Source: an uncultured Lentisphaerales bacterium (GTDB lineage: Bacteria > Verrucomicrobiota > Lentisphaeria > JABSQK01 > UBA12247). From it: a stretch of 64,000 nt of DNA. The notes beneath the pieces are model-generated. The model was not told the DNA's origin, made no database searches, and saw only the letters and a program-made list of their open reading frames with translations. This document shows, piece after piece, positions 53,033 to 62,858 of this stretch (position 1 is its first letter; every line of letters begins with the position of its first letter). Location: NCBI GenBank assembly GCA_943788985.1, contig CALSSJ010000012.1, forward strand, positions 222,290 to 286,289, in the 5' to 3' direction. Both the position numbers and the translations under genes were made by a program.

Positions 53033-53167
53033 TGCGGGCAAGCTTGGCAGCGGCACGGATCGAGGGCAACTGTGAAGGCTTTTGCCTTGCAAGAAGCTGC
53101 CGCGCAGTTAATGTTCACCTATTCGCATGCCGCGATCTGCTTGCAGTGAACCAGTAAACGTAAACGA

Positions 53168-54817
53168 GTGAGTGAAATTGTGAACAAACGCCTCTCCTTA
53201 AATTTTTTGACGGCCGTTGCCGCCGTGTTGTTCGTAGCTGCCGATGCGGCAGCTGCAGTCGCTTCCGGCGTGAGCCTGAATTTCGACGCCAATGATCCCG
53301 CCAGCGCCATTGACGCCGCGAATTGGAACACAACAGGGACCGTCAGCGGTCACGATTTTGATTTTGCGGGCGATGTGACGCTTGAAACGGTGACATCGAG
53401 CCGCCGCGGAATTTCCCAAGCCTACCGTTTTACGGGCGGCAACGGCGACAATAATCAGCTATCTTGGGACAATCTCTTCGGCCACAACGTTGGCGCAAGC
53501 TGGGAGTTCTGGCTAAAACCTGCGGATACCGGTGACGCAGGGCAAGTCATCTTCGAGTCTGGTGGCTCTGGCGTCGGCTATGCTATCTGGTACGCGCCAG
53601 GAACCATTGGAGATGACAGTGGCACGCTGAACTTCACCATCGACGGGGGCACTGGCGCTCAGATTGAAACGGTAAGCGCCACGATCGACACCACCGAATT
53701 TCGTCAGATTACCTTGCTCTACCAAGAAGGGGCGATTGACCTTCTGGCGATCTATGTAGACGGACAATTTGTCGATGACAATCTCTCCGCAACGGTCAGC
53801 GACGACGCGGGCAATGACAACGATAACACTAGCATCGACGATTTTAGCGGCGGCGACGCAGCGGCGCTGGGAAATGCTTCCGCTGCGATCGCACAGACTG
53901 TTGTAGACGGTGAATTCGAAGGCGACATCTCGATCTACCGCGTCTGGGGCGGAATAACCCTAAGCGCAAGCGAGATCTCGGATAACTACGAGGCCGTTGT
54001 CAACGCTAGTCTCGCGACCGCTGGCGCGGATTTCTACGTTGACGCCAGCGAGGATGCCGATGGGGATCAGGTTTGGGAAGACCTGACGCCGGGCAACCCA
54101 ACCGGCCATGAAATACTGCTGGACAGCTCTCCCGCCGTTACCCGGGTCGCCGTTTCCGGGTCGATTATGCCATTTACGCACGCCTATGACTTCCCTGGCG
54201 GGTCCACCGGAAACGACGCCGGTGGATTGTTCGTCGACACTGGCACAAGTACCCAGCAATCCTTCGAGACATCCAGTAATGCCAATTGGTCCCAACGCCC
54301 CGTCACCTTGGAATTGTGGGTCAAGCCGGATGACCTGACTCCCGGTCCCACAAATGGCCAGATCATCTTTGAAAGTGGAGGAAGCACTGGGTTGGGAATT
54401 CTGATTGATAACAATGAGTTGGTTGTCACGCACGATAATGGGGCACCCCAGATTGCCTACGATCTCAACACGGATCCGTCTGGTGTTTTGAATGCAGGAG
54501 CAACCAGCGACTTCTTCCAGATCGTGGTGACGCATGATGCCGTAACGCCATTTCAGACCATCCTTTACCTCAATGCTCAGCAGGTCGGCACCGCCAATGA
54601 TGACGACGGAGACTGGACCGGCGCCGACCCCACGGGCTTCGGAACCCTCGGAGCCACTAATGCTGGCGGATTGGGCGGAGGTCAGCAGAGCACTGAGAGC
54701 TTCGATGGCCAGATTGCTGTTATTCGAGCCTATTACAATCAGATTCTCACGCCGACCGAAGTCCAGGCCAACTACGGTGCGGCCCTTACGCCCGGAACCG
54801 TTATCCTCGTGCGCTGA
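53168..54817 (+). CDS. Secreted acidic protein with two LamG-like jelly-roll domains
   Basis: Signal peptide; two repeats WEFWLKP/LELWVKP, QVIFESGG/QIIFESGG, FEGDISIYR/FDGQIAVIR; ends TPGTVILVR. Confidence 0.8.
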   Translation: MSEIVNKRLSLNFLTAVAAVLFVAADAAAAVASGVSLNFDANDPASAIDAANWNTTGTVSGHDFDFAGDVTLETVTSSRRGISQAYRFTGGNGDNNQLSWDNLFGHNVGASWEFWLKPADTGDAGQVIFESGGSGVGYAIWYAPGTIGDDSGTLNFTIDGGTGAQIETVSATIDTTEFRQITLLYQEGAIDLLAIYVDGQFVDDNLSATVSDDAGNDNDNTSIDDFSGGDAAALGNASAAIAQTVVDGEFEGDISIYRVWGGITLSASEISDNYEAVVNASLATAGADFYVDASEDADGDQVWEDLTPGNPTGHEILLDSSPAVTRVAVSGSIMPFTHAYDFPGGSTGNDAGGLFVDTGTSTQQSFETSSNANWSQRPVTLELWVKPDDLTPGPTNGQIIFESGGSTGLGILIDNNELVVTHDNGAPQIAYDLNTDPSGVLNAGATSDFFQIVVTHDAVTPFQTILYLNAQQVGTANDDDGDWTGADPTGFGTLGATNAGGLGGGQQSTESFDGQIAVIRAYYNQILTPTEVQANYGAALTPGTVILVR

Positions 54818-54919
54818 GAGGGCCGCTTTCAACCTCCGGTGGCCAGAAACACCTGGCTGTTGAGAGATCAACCTGCCCGCCTTCAACGATGACGTCTTGG
54901 GCTACGTGTTGGCCGTGAA

Positions 54920-55588
54920 ATGCTGAATGTCGTCCTGGTCATGACAGACCAGCATCGGGCTGATTGCCTAGGCTTCAATGGCCATCCAATAGTTGAGACC
55001 CCGCACTTGGACAGCTTGGCCGCAGATGGCGTGAACTTCACGAGCGCCTACTCAGCGGTGCCCTCGTGCATCCCGGCCCGGGCGGTCCTGATGACCGGGT
55101 AAACCGCCTGGCATACCGGGGGCCTAGGCATGGGGCAAGGGCAAGCGCCTTCACCCGACCAACTGGACGTCTCGCGAAGCGATCAACCGCCAACCGTCGA
55201 TGGCGCCAGCGTCGTCGACGCCCTTACCGGCAAGTCCTGGCGCGACTACCTGCATGGCGAGCACTGCACCTGCTATGCCGCCTCCGAGGAAATGCAGTTT
55301 CTCACGGACGGCCAGCGCAGGTACATCTGGTTCCCCGAACAGCAACTTGCGGCCCGAGGAAATGGCAACTTCAACCCGGCCAGCAATCCAGTAAACCATA
55401 CGCTGGCTTTGCATGGCCAAGGTCGGGTGAACTATCAGTTTGCGGATGGACACGTGGCACTGTATCACGCCTACGACTCAGAACTTGTCGGTACTGGGGA
55501 CCCAATCACCCCCAAAGGTGCTTGGACTATCGAGGCGGGCCCGAAGGGCAGCCGCGCGAACGTTCCAAGTGTCGGTTTCTGGAAATAA
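54920..55588 (+). pseudogene. Sulfatase fragments fused to the duplicated prepilin-protein C-terminus
   Basis: NVVLVMTDQHR..CIPARAVLMTG*, then VDGAS..WRDYLHGEH..YIWF joined to the H-X9-DG repeat copy. Confidence 0.75.
55334..55540 (+). repeat. 207-bp direct repeat, copy 2
   Basis: Matches 52184-52390. Confidence 0.95.
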
Positions 55589-55750
55589 GACCAATGTCAA
55601 GCAAATAGATTGGCTAGCCATTTTGTCGGCCGCAGCCAATCTGCGGGACTTTGAAGTTGCCTGCGGTGCCGTCCAATTCGCACAACCATCCTCGCTTCAG
55701 CCCTGCTTCAGCCATAACCGTCTACCTTTACTCTACGCGCACAGGAAACC

Positions 55751-58700
55751 ATGATGCAAACCGAGCGATTCACGCTGGAATTCGACGACGCGGCCCGCCC
55801 GCGAGCCCTGAACCTGCTGGACGGCAATCCGCTGCTGACAACGCTGGCCCACGGAGACGGCTTCGTGCTGCACGGCGAGTGCCCAGAGTCCCCGCAAGTA
55901 CGCTTGGAACGCCTGGTGCCGCAAGGCGATAATCGGTTGCTCGTGACAGCCCGCGATGGAGGGCAGGGGATCCTGCTCGAAGTGAAGGAGCGGGCCCACT
56001 ACATCACCTTCCGGATCGTCGAACTGCAAGGCATTGATACCGCGGCCTTCGGGCGTCTCGACTTCTCGCTGAACGCTGACTCCCGCGTTGGCGTGATGGA
56101 GCTTGACCACATGACTGTGGTGCAGGATGATCCGGAAGGCGTGCGGGTAAGTTGGCCCTACCTCAAGCACGGCGGTACGGAAAATCCGTACGGTGGTTTC
56201 GCACTTTACGTTGCCCAAGACCCAGCTGACGAGGACGACATCATCCTGCACATCTGGGTCGACGAAGGCCTGCCGCATCCGCAGGTTGAGGGCCCGTGGG
56301 ACCTGGCCGCGGCCCGCGACCTCGTCGCAGAATGGCAGCGCAAGTACGCCGACCAGAGCCAGTTCTATCTGGAAGCTCAGAACCCGGAAGAACTCTACGA
56401 GGGCGTCCAATACGCCGAACGTGCCGGCGTAAAGGACATCTACCTTTTTACCAACACCTGGCATGCCGACGGCGGCTTCTGGCCACGTGCCAGCTTGAAC
56501 TGGGCCGTGCGCAAAGACGTCTTCCCCCGCGGCGAAGCGGACCTCCGCGCGTTCTCCAATCACCTTGAAAGCAAAGGCATGCACCTGAAAATCCACTGGG
56601 TCAGCGGGGGAATCTGCGAGCATGATCCGCGCTATATCCTGCCCCAGCCGGACCCGCGGCTGGCCAACTGGATCACCGGCCAGCTCGTGGCGGCAGTAGA
56701 CACCAAGGAGACGACACTCCTGTTCAAGCCGGAGCCCGGTTTCGACAAGCGTTCACTCGACGCAGTCGTCAACAATCATCGGGGGCAAATGCCGTCGCAT
56801 GTGCGTGTCGGCGCTGAGTTGATTCAGGTCGGATCGTTCGGCGACACCGATGCAGAGATTTGGACACTACGGGACTGCGTGCGCGGCGCGTCCGGCACCG
56901 GTGCCAGACAGCATGCCACGGGCGTCGAACTCACAGGGCTCCAACGCCCGTACAACATCGTCTTTACGCCCGATGTCGATTCAACCTTGCTCGACGAAAT
57001 GGCCGAAGGCTTTGCCGGGCTGGTCAATCGCTGCCGGATCATGAATGTCGAGTACGACGGCTACGAGATTCACGGCTATGCCGGCCGCTGGGGCTGCGAA
57101 AAGTTCGCCACAAAGGTCTACGCCGCGCTTGATCACACGGTCGCATCGAACACCAGTGGCGGGAGTGCGCCTCGTTGCTGGATCGAATATCGGCTTAACT
57201 CCACCAAGGAACTGATGCGCGGGAACAACCCCGCCACCCACGGCGGCTACAGCGCGGCTGTCATGCTTGACTCCCCAATGCGCCCGGCCAGCCGGGTCAC
57301 AGAAGCCCATTTCTCCATGAGCAAAGCGGCAGCCAATGACTCCAACCGCTTCAGCCTCACCAAGCCTCAGCCCATGTTTGGAATTTCGCCGGGCACCCTC
57401 AAGCAACATGGCCGGACAGACGAAATTATTGAAGTGGTCTGCGACTGGAAAGAGGTCAGCCGCCACCTCAGTGCTGAACAACGCCAGACCATGCGGGCGA
57501 CCTTCGGGCCGCCTGAGCTGCGCTTGCGGGACGCAAGTCGCGACCCGTCTTCCGAGATTGTCTGGATGCTGCGACATGCGCCCACCGCGTGGCACATCGT
57601 CCCAGTTCGGGTTCTGACCCGCCACGGCGGCGACATCAAGTGGCATAGCTGGCAGGAACATGGCCCAATTATGCCTCGCCAGTTCATCAAACCCGGTCAA
57701 CCGCTGCGCTTGCTTAACCCCAATCCGGCACAGGCACCGCGCTTCACCGTCCAGTGCCTCTCTGGTTTCGATCCCACAGAACCCACCGTAACGGTGGACC
57801 CCGTAGCGCTGCAAGGGCTGTACTGGATCTGCGACAAGGCGGCTGCGAATACCGCGTCCCATACAGCTCACGCCGAGAGCGTCCACTTCCGCAAGACCTT
57901 CAACGTGCCAGCGGACTTCCGCGCCGGCACCGCGCGCTTCTTATTTGCCACGGATGATCACTTGGAGCTGTGGGTCAATGGCGTCCAGGCAGGGGAGGGC
58001 GGAAGCCGCACGCAGATGACGGCATGGGACATCACCCCTTACCTCAAGGCTGGCGAGAACCTCCTGGCGGTTGCCGCCACCAGTGTGGTTGGCAAACTCG
58101 AGATCGTGCCGGTCCGCACGGCGGCTCAACAGCGCGAGGCCGAGCACGTCGCCGGCTTCGAAGGCAAAGCTGCCGCTGACAGCTTCGAAATTCCGATCGA
58201 CACGAGCTGGCGCTGCGCCGCCGTCGCATCCATGGGTTGGCAGCAAGCAGAGTTCGACGACTCTGGCTGGGGCCCCGTCGTGAGTCTGGTCGACGCGGGC
58301 GGCGCGCCGGTCACCGGCAGTATTCCGCTGCAGCCAGCTGCCAGCGACATGCAGGAAACCTGTGACATGGCCTTTGCGGACACCGCAAATGGCCTGCAGA
58401 TCAGCTGCGACAACGCAGCCGACGAACGTCGCACCTTTGAGGACGCCATCCCATTCTGCTCTCGTCGGGTGGACATGACCAGGCACCGCGGCATCGGCCT
58501 GGAAGTCACCGGCGACGGCAGCGGGGCTCTGCTTGTGATTCGGATTCCTGGTCGCGACTACCTCGTGCCCATCGACTTCACTGGCAGCCGCTACATCGAG
58601 ATCCCCAAGGGCGAAGTGAGCTGGGCCGACGATCGCTGGGGCTGGCGCGTGGCCACTCACCACGCAGACTACGCGCAGGTTGACCGCATCCACCTGGGCT

Positions 58701-59059
58701 TTGGTGCAGTACCAGGGAAAACACGTGCCAGCGTCGAGATCCGAAACCTTCGCGCCCTGCGCGAGATTTCCACGCAGTTGCAGGACCCAGTGATTCAGAT
58801 TGGTGCGGGCACCTTGCGTTGCACGGGCGCCGTGCAGAGCAGCGAATACCTCGAGTATAGCGGTGGGCAGACCGCGCGGGTCTACGACCGAAACTGGAAT
58901 CTACTGCGGGATCTTCCGGTCGAGACCGTGGACTTCTCGATGCCCAACGGCGAGGAGACCGTCACGATCACCGGCTCCGGCGGATCACCCGTCCCTTGGC
59001 TCGACGTTCAGATCATGACCGACGGAACGGCCCTTGTCGTCGCAAAGCCCGAGGCCTAA
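55751..59059 (+). CDS. Large hypothetical protein, possible glycoside hydrolase
   Basis: 1102 aa; barrel-like FPRGEADLRAFSNHLESKGMHLKIHW and EYDG; jelly-roll insert HFRKTF..ATDD..WVNG..DITPYLKAGENLLAV. Confidence 0.65.
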   Translation: MMQTERFTLEFDDAARPRALNLLDGNPLLTTLAHGDGFVLHGECPESPQVRLERLVPQGDNRLLVTARDGGQGILLEVKERAHYITFRIVELQGIDTAAFGRLDFSLNADSRVGVMELDHMTVVQDDPEGVRVSWPYLKHGGTENPYGGFALYVAQDPADEDDIILHIWVDEGLPHPQVEGPWDLAAARDLVAEWQRKYADQSQFYLEAQNPEELYEGVQYAERAGVKDIYLFTNTWHADGGFWPRASLNWAVRKDVFPRGEADLRAFSNHLESKGMHLKIHWVSGGICEHDPRYILPQPDPRLANWITGQLVAAVDTKETTLLFKPEPGFDKRSLDAVVNNHRGQMPSHVRVGAELIQVGSFGDTDAEIWTLRDCVRGASGTGARQHATGVELTGLQRPYNIVFTPDVDSTLLDEMAEGFAGLVNRCRIMNVEYDGYEIHGYAGRWGCEKFATKVYAALDHTVASNTSGGSAPRCWIEYRLNSTKELMRGNNPATHGGYSAAVMLDSPMRPASRVTEAHFSMSKAAANDSNRFSLTKPQPMFGISPGTLKQHGRTDEIIEVVCDWKEVSRHLSAEQRQTMRATFGPPELRLRDASRDPSSEIVWMLRHAPTAWHIVPVRVLTRHGGDIKWHSWQEHGPIMPRQFIKPGQPLRLLNPNPAQAPRFTVQCLSGFDPTEPTVTVDPVALQGLYWICDKAAANTASHTAHAESVHFRKTFNVPADFRAGTARFLFATDDHLELWVNGVQAGEGGSRTQMTAWDITPYLKAGENLLAVAATSVVGKLEIVPVRTAAQQREAEHVAGFEGKAAADSFEIPIDTSWRCAAVASMGWQQAEFDDSGWGPVVSLVDAGGAPVTGSIPLQPAASDMQETCDMAFADTANGLQISCDNAADERRTFEDAIPFCSRRVDMTRHRGIGLEVTGDGSGALLVIRIPGRDYLVPIDFTGSRYIEIPKGEVSWADDRWGWRVATHHADYAQVDRIHLGFGAVPGKTRASVEIRNLRALREISTQLQDPVIQIGAGTLRCTGAVQSSEYLEYSGGQTARVYDRNWNLLRDLPVETVDFSMPNGEETVTITGSGGSPVPWLDVQIMTDGTALVVAKPEA

Positions 59060-59491
59060 AAGCTAGCGAAACTCCAATCCTGGTGCGGGAATTACACAGG
59101 AAGGAAAGAAGAAAAGGAAGGACAAGCAGCTCACGGTCATGCCCGGGCCTCTCGTCGGGAGCACCGCGTGTTATTCCTCGTCGCTCGGTAGTACGCGTCC
59201 CATTTCAAATCCGCAAGCGCGACACGTTTGGCGCCAGTTCGGAGCCGGGTAGTTGCGGCGGTGGCGCTTCGCTCTCGCTATCGGGGGCCGTCTCCCTTTG
59301 GTCTGCTGTGATCATCAGTGGTCGCCCTGTTGCCCGATTGAACGCTCGACCCTGCCAGTCATCGGCAGCAAGGCGGTGGTTGTGACTTTGGGATTGTAGG
59401 CCGAGGAGATGCGGTCTCTGCGCATCGTCGCGCCTTCAGGTGTCGTCTGAATCGATTCGTTCACTTCTGCGTATATCTTTATCGCATGATT

Positions 59492-60943
59492 CTACTTCTG
59501 AGAACCGAAGTTTAATTGCTTGGTCCACTTCCTGAAACGCTGCGCCCAGTCGGCGGCCGTCGGGGTTGGAAAATTAAAGGCCATGTGGCCGCCACGATCA
59601 TAAATCTCAAGTTGCACCGGAACCTGTACCGCGCGAATCGCTTTGGCGATCTCTTCTGCTTTTTGGGTCGGTGCTGTGCGATCATCCCGGGTGCTGAGGA
59701 TTAAAGCGGGAGGAAGGTTCGGGTGTATAGCCCAGTCTGTTATGCTGTTCTGTTTATTATGCCAGAGCGCGGCGAGCACCATGAAATCGGGGTGACCACT
59801 CAAACTTTCAAGAGGATCTTCCGCCTTCGGGTCACCTCTGCCGTTTTGGCAGGCCAAATTCAAAATCATGTTGGCGCCGGCGGAAAACCCAATCATTCCG
59901 ACACGCTCAGGATCGATCTTCCATTCTTTGGCGCGACTCCTGATGAGTCGCACTGCTCGAGCGCCGTCCATACAAGCATCTTCGACGACTTGGGATGACG
60001 GTGGAGATAACCGGTACTTGAGAGAACAGACGGTGTACCCGTCGTTTAGAAACTCGTCAACGGCGCCAATGCCGAGCGGGCCGGAGGCCAGTTTTCGATA
60101 CCCACCGCCTGAGCAGATGATCAGGGTGAATCCATTTGGTTGATACGGACGGTAAACATCAAGCGTGGGGATACTAACGTGAGAGATACGGCCTCGAGGT
60201 TCGTCCTTTTCCGGCGAAAGATTTGCAGCAACTCCGGGAGCAGTTCCATTCCAAAGCCGTACCTGCTCATACGACAATATGTTCGCGTGGCCTAAAGCCG
60301 GCAAGAGTGCCGCTAGCCATTTGTTGGACATCTTCCTCGCTCCGGAGGCATTGGGATGCACCTTGTCCTGGACCGTATCCGTCTTCCAATCGAAGCCAAC
60401 TTCCTGATTCACAAGTGTAATACGACTCCCGTTCTGTACTAGGCGCGCCACAAGGGATTCCAGTTTCTTGTTCAATTCAGGAATGTACGCATACTTAGGC
60501 AGCTTTCCGGCAGGAATGACCTGAGCCAATAGGACCTGCACCTTCGGATTGATTTTCCGGATGTTGTCAATGATTGCCTCTGTATCGCGGATAATCCCGG
60601 GCACAGGCTTATCTTTGCTGAAGCTATTGTGCCCCGAATGAATCATGACAATATCAGCAGGATACTCGCGGTACGTTTTCTTTGAGACACTCAACAGATA
60701 ACCGGTATTTTTGCCTCCGTATCCAGCATGGGCTGAGACCGCATCTGTTTTGGGCCCAATGAATTTAAACGCGATGTTCTTTCTTCTTAATTCGGGAACC
60801 AAAACCTCACGATAACAGGCGAAGCTCTTTGAACCTTCCGTGATTGAGTCTCCCAGGGCCAAGATCGTAGGCGTCTCTCCCGCAAGCACTGAAATACTGG
60901 TCACCAACAGCATTGCCACCCCAGCGAACTTAAATTTATTCAT
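59492..60943 (-). CDS. Secreted SGNH/GDSL esterase plus alpha/beta hydrolase fusion
   Basis: LGDSITEG, HAGYGG, GHN, DKVHPN; then SGGGY, LKYR, GFSAGA, GGH. Confidence 0.88.
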   Translation of the reverse strand: MNKFKFAGVAMLLVTSISVLAGETPTILALGDSITEGSKSFACYREVLVPELRRKNIAFKFIGPKTDAVSAHAGYGGKNTGYLLSVSKKTYREYPADIVMIHSGHNSFSKDKPVPGIIRDTEAIIDNIRKINPKVQVLLAQVIPAGKLPKYAYIPELNKKLESLVARLVQNGSRITLVNQEVGFDWKTDTVQDKVHPNASGARKMSNKWLAALLPALGHANILSYEQVRLWNGTAPGVAANLSPEKDEPRGRISHVSIPTLDVYRPYQPNGFTLIICSGGGYRKLASGPLGIGAVDEFLNDGYTVCSLKYRLSPPSSQVVEDACMDGARAVRLIRSRAKEWKIDPERVGMIGFSAGANMILNLACQNGRGDPKAEDPLESLSGHPDFMVLAALWHNKQNSITDWAIHPNLPPALILSTRDDRTAPTQKAEEIAKAIRAVQVPVQLEIYDRGGHMAFNFPTPTAADWAQRFRKWTKQLNFGSQK

Positions 60944-61064
60944 CTCGTTACTCTCATATTCAGGCCGCCGCGCTCACTGGTGGGCGACTTCGCCTGGCTT
61001 TATTCAGGGGCCGCAGTGCAAATAGAACTGCGGCTTGGATCAGTACGCGACTCTAACCTCCAAG

Positions 61065-62858
61065 TCAGCGTGGGGACTGGCTGTAGTCGTCAGCAATGCT
61101 GCCATCCAGTTGGATGAAGCGGGAGCGCAGCTTGCTCTCACTTAAGTCCAGGCGCACGATGTGGTGCGCGCTACCGACCATGGCGCCGGCGTCCGCTTTC
61201 AGGTACCAGCGGCTGGTGTCAGCCTGGCGTTGGCCGACACCAAGACCGCCTTCTCCGAGGTAGACGATGCCAGTAGGATCTGCTTTGTCATTGCGAATCC
61301 GTACAGTGCGTTTCATGCAATGGCCGTCTGATTCCAAGGCCATGTCAACGTTGTGGCGCTCGAAAACCGGCACGAAAACACGCTTGTGGCTGGGGACGCC
61401 TTTGACGGCCGGCCACAACGGCCGGTGGTATTGGGTTATCAACCAACGGTGATCCGGGCGCAGCCGCGGCAGGGCTTCCTTGAGGTAGCTTTCCTGCGCC
61501 CCGGTGCCGGCGATGTTCGTATCCAGCGTCACCAGAGCAAACTGAGGGCCGAAGCTGACATCATAGTAGTATCTTTGCTTCTGCTGATCAAAGTCAAAGA
61601 CCTGCGCGATGAGGATCCCGCCGTCGTGATTGCCCTTGGCCGGCACAATCGGCACCAGGCGGCCTTCGGGAGTCGTGATCAATTCGTTCTGGCTGAGCCA
61701 CATGCGCCACTGGCCCCAGGAGCGGCCGGAGCCGATGTAATCGCCACCATGGATAAAGGCGATGATTTCGGGGAATTTGGACACATGCTGGGAGATCATG
61801 TCGTTGACAAGCGTACGCGCAGTTATGCCCGAGCGTGAGTCGCCACCATGGATGAAGCTCATAGCCAAATCCTCAATCGGCGCCGTTTTGAAATGGAATT
61901 CCCTGGACGCGACGGCATTGCTGACCATGACGACATAGTAGGTGGTGTTCGGTCTCAGCTCAGTCATACGGGCATGATGGTAGTAGGCTTCTGGCGGGCG
62001 CCTGTCAGCGGCGGCTTTCAACTCATTGTCACTCAGGCGGTACCTGCCGCTCAGCTGGCAGACCAGTCGATTGGCATACGCGTCAAGCCGGCCCTTGTGT
62101 GACACCGTGTCAAAGTAGATGAGGTGCTCACCATCGGGCTTGGCAGTGGACCAGGACAGCGTCGCCTTGTGAGCGGGATCTTCCTTCCAACTCAGCCGCC
62201 ACTGCGCGGGCGTGCTGCCTTTGAGCGGCGTGATGCGCGTGATGATCTTGTTGTGCTGGGACGCGCCAGGCTGGGATGTCTTCTGGCTGGCCTGCGCAGT
62301 TGGGGCAACCACAATCGACGCATCAAGGCCCATATCGCTGCTGCCCATGTTGCGATTGTGCAGTTCAATCGCCAGCACATTCTTGCCCTTGCGAAGCTTC
62401 GCTGATTGGATCTTGGCGATGGTCTCGTAGCGTCCCCCCTCGTGTGAATTCGGGTTGGCCTTCCTGCCGGTCATCGAGCTCGAGCGACCAATTTCCTCGC
62501 CATTGAGATAGGCGATGATGCCATCGTCATAGTTCGCCGTAAGATGGGCATGCGGGTATTTCGCTGGGTCGTCGACAGTAAAAACTTTGCGAAAATAGAC
62601 GACAGTGTGCGAATTCTTGGCCGTCAGAGAACGGTCACTTAGCCAGCCGTCCTTTCCATAACCAATCGGCGCTGTTTTGGTCGGCCAGGCGCTGTGATCG
62701 AAGTCGGGGGCCTGCCAGCCCTGGTCGACCTTGCCGTCATCGTCCACATGCCAAACGCTCCTGGCTTCAAGCAAAACGTTCCTTGAGGCGTCAGCAAAGC
62801 TGCTCAAACAGCCGACAAAGAGGATGGATACGACAAGACTGAGAGCATTGACTGTCAT
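61065..62858 (-). CDS. Purple-acid-phosphatase-like metallophosphoesterase with N-terminal jelly-roll and FN3-like domain
   Basis: YDDG..AYLNG.E; YHHAR.TELRPNTTYY; GGDSR, HGGDY, GNHD, YHRP, DGH. Confidence 0.85.
   Translation of the reverse strand: MTVNALSLVVSILFVGCLSSFADASRNVLLEARSVWHVDDDGKVDQGWQAPDFDHSAWPTKTAPIGYGKDGWLSDRSLTAKNSHTVVYFRKVFTVDDPAKYPHAHLTANYDDGIIAYLNGEEIGRSSSMTGRKANPNSHEGGRYETIAKIQSAKLRKGKNVLAIELHNRNMGSSDMGLDASIVVAPTAQASQKTSQPGASQHNKIITRITPLKGSTPAQWRLSWKEDPAHKATLSWSTAKPDGEHLIYFDTVSHKGRLDAYANRLVCQLSGRYRLSDNELKAAADRRPPEAYYHHARMTELRPNTTYYVVMVSNAVASREFHFKTAPIEDLAMSFIHGGDSRSGITARTLVNDMISQHVSKFPEIIAFIHGGDYIGSGRSWGQWRMWLSQNELITTPEGRLVPIVPAKGNHDGGILIAQVFDFDQQKQRYYYDVSFGPQFALVTLDTNIAGTGAQESYLKEALPRLRPDHRWLITQYHRPLWPAVKGVPSHKRVFVPVFERHNVDMALESDGHCMKRTVRIRNDKADPTGIVYLGEGGLGVGQRQADTSRWYLKADAGAMVGSAHHIVRLDLSESKLRSRFIQLDGSIADDYSQSPR

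Noticed and set aside
52184..55540. Diversity-generating retroelement TR/VR pair
   Set aside because: Only three mismatches (T/C, C/T, A/G), not adenine-specific in either copy, all synonymous; no reverse transcriptase in the window.
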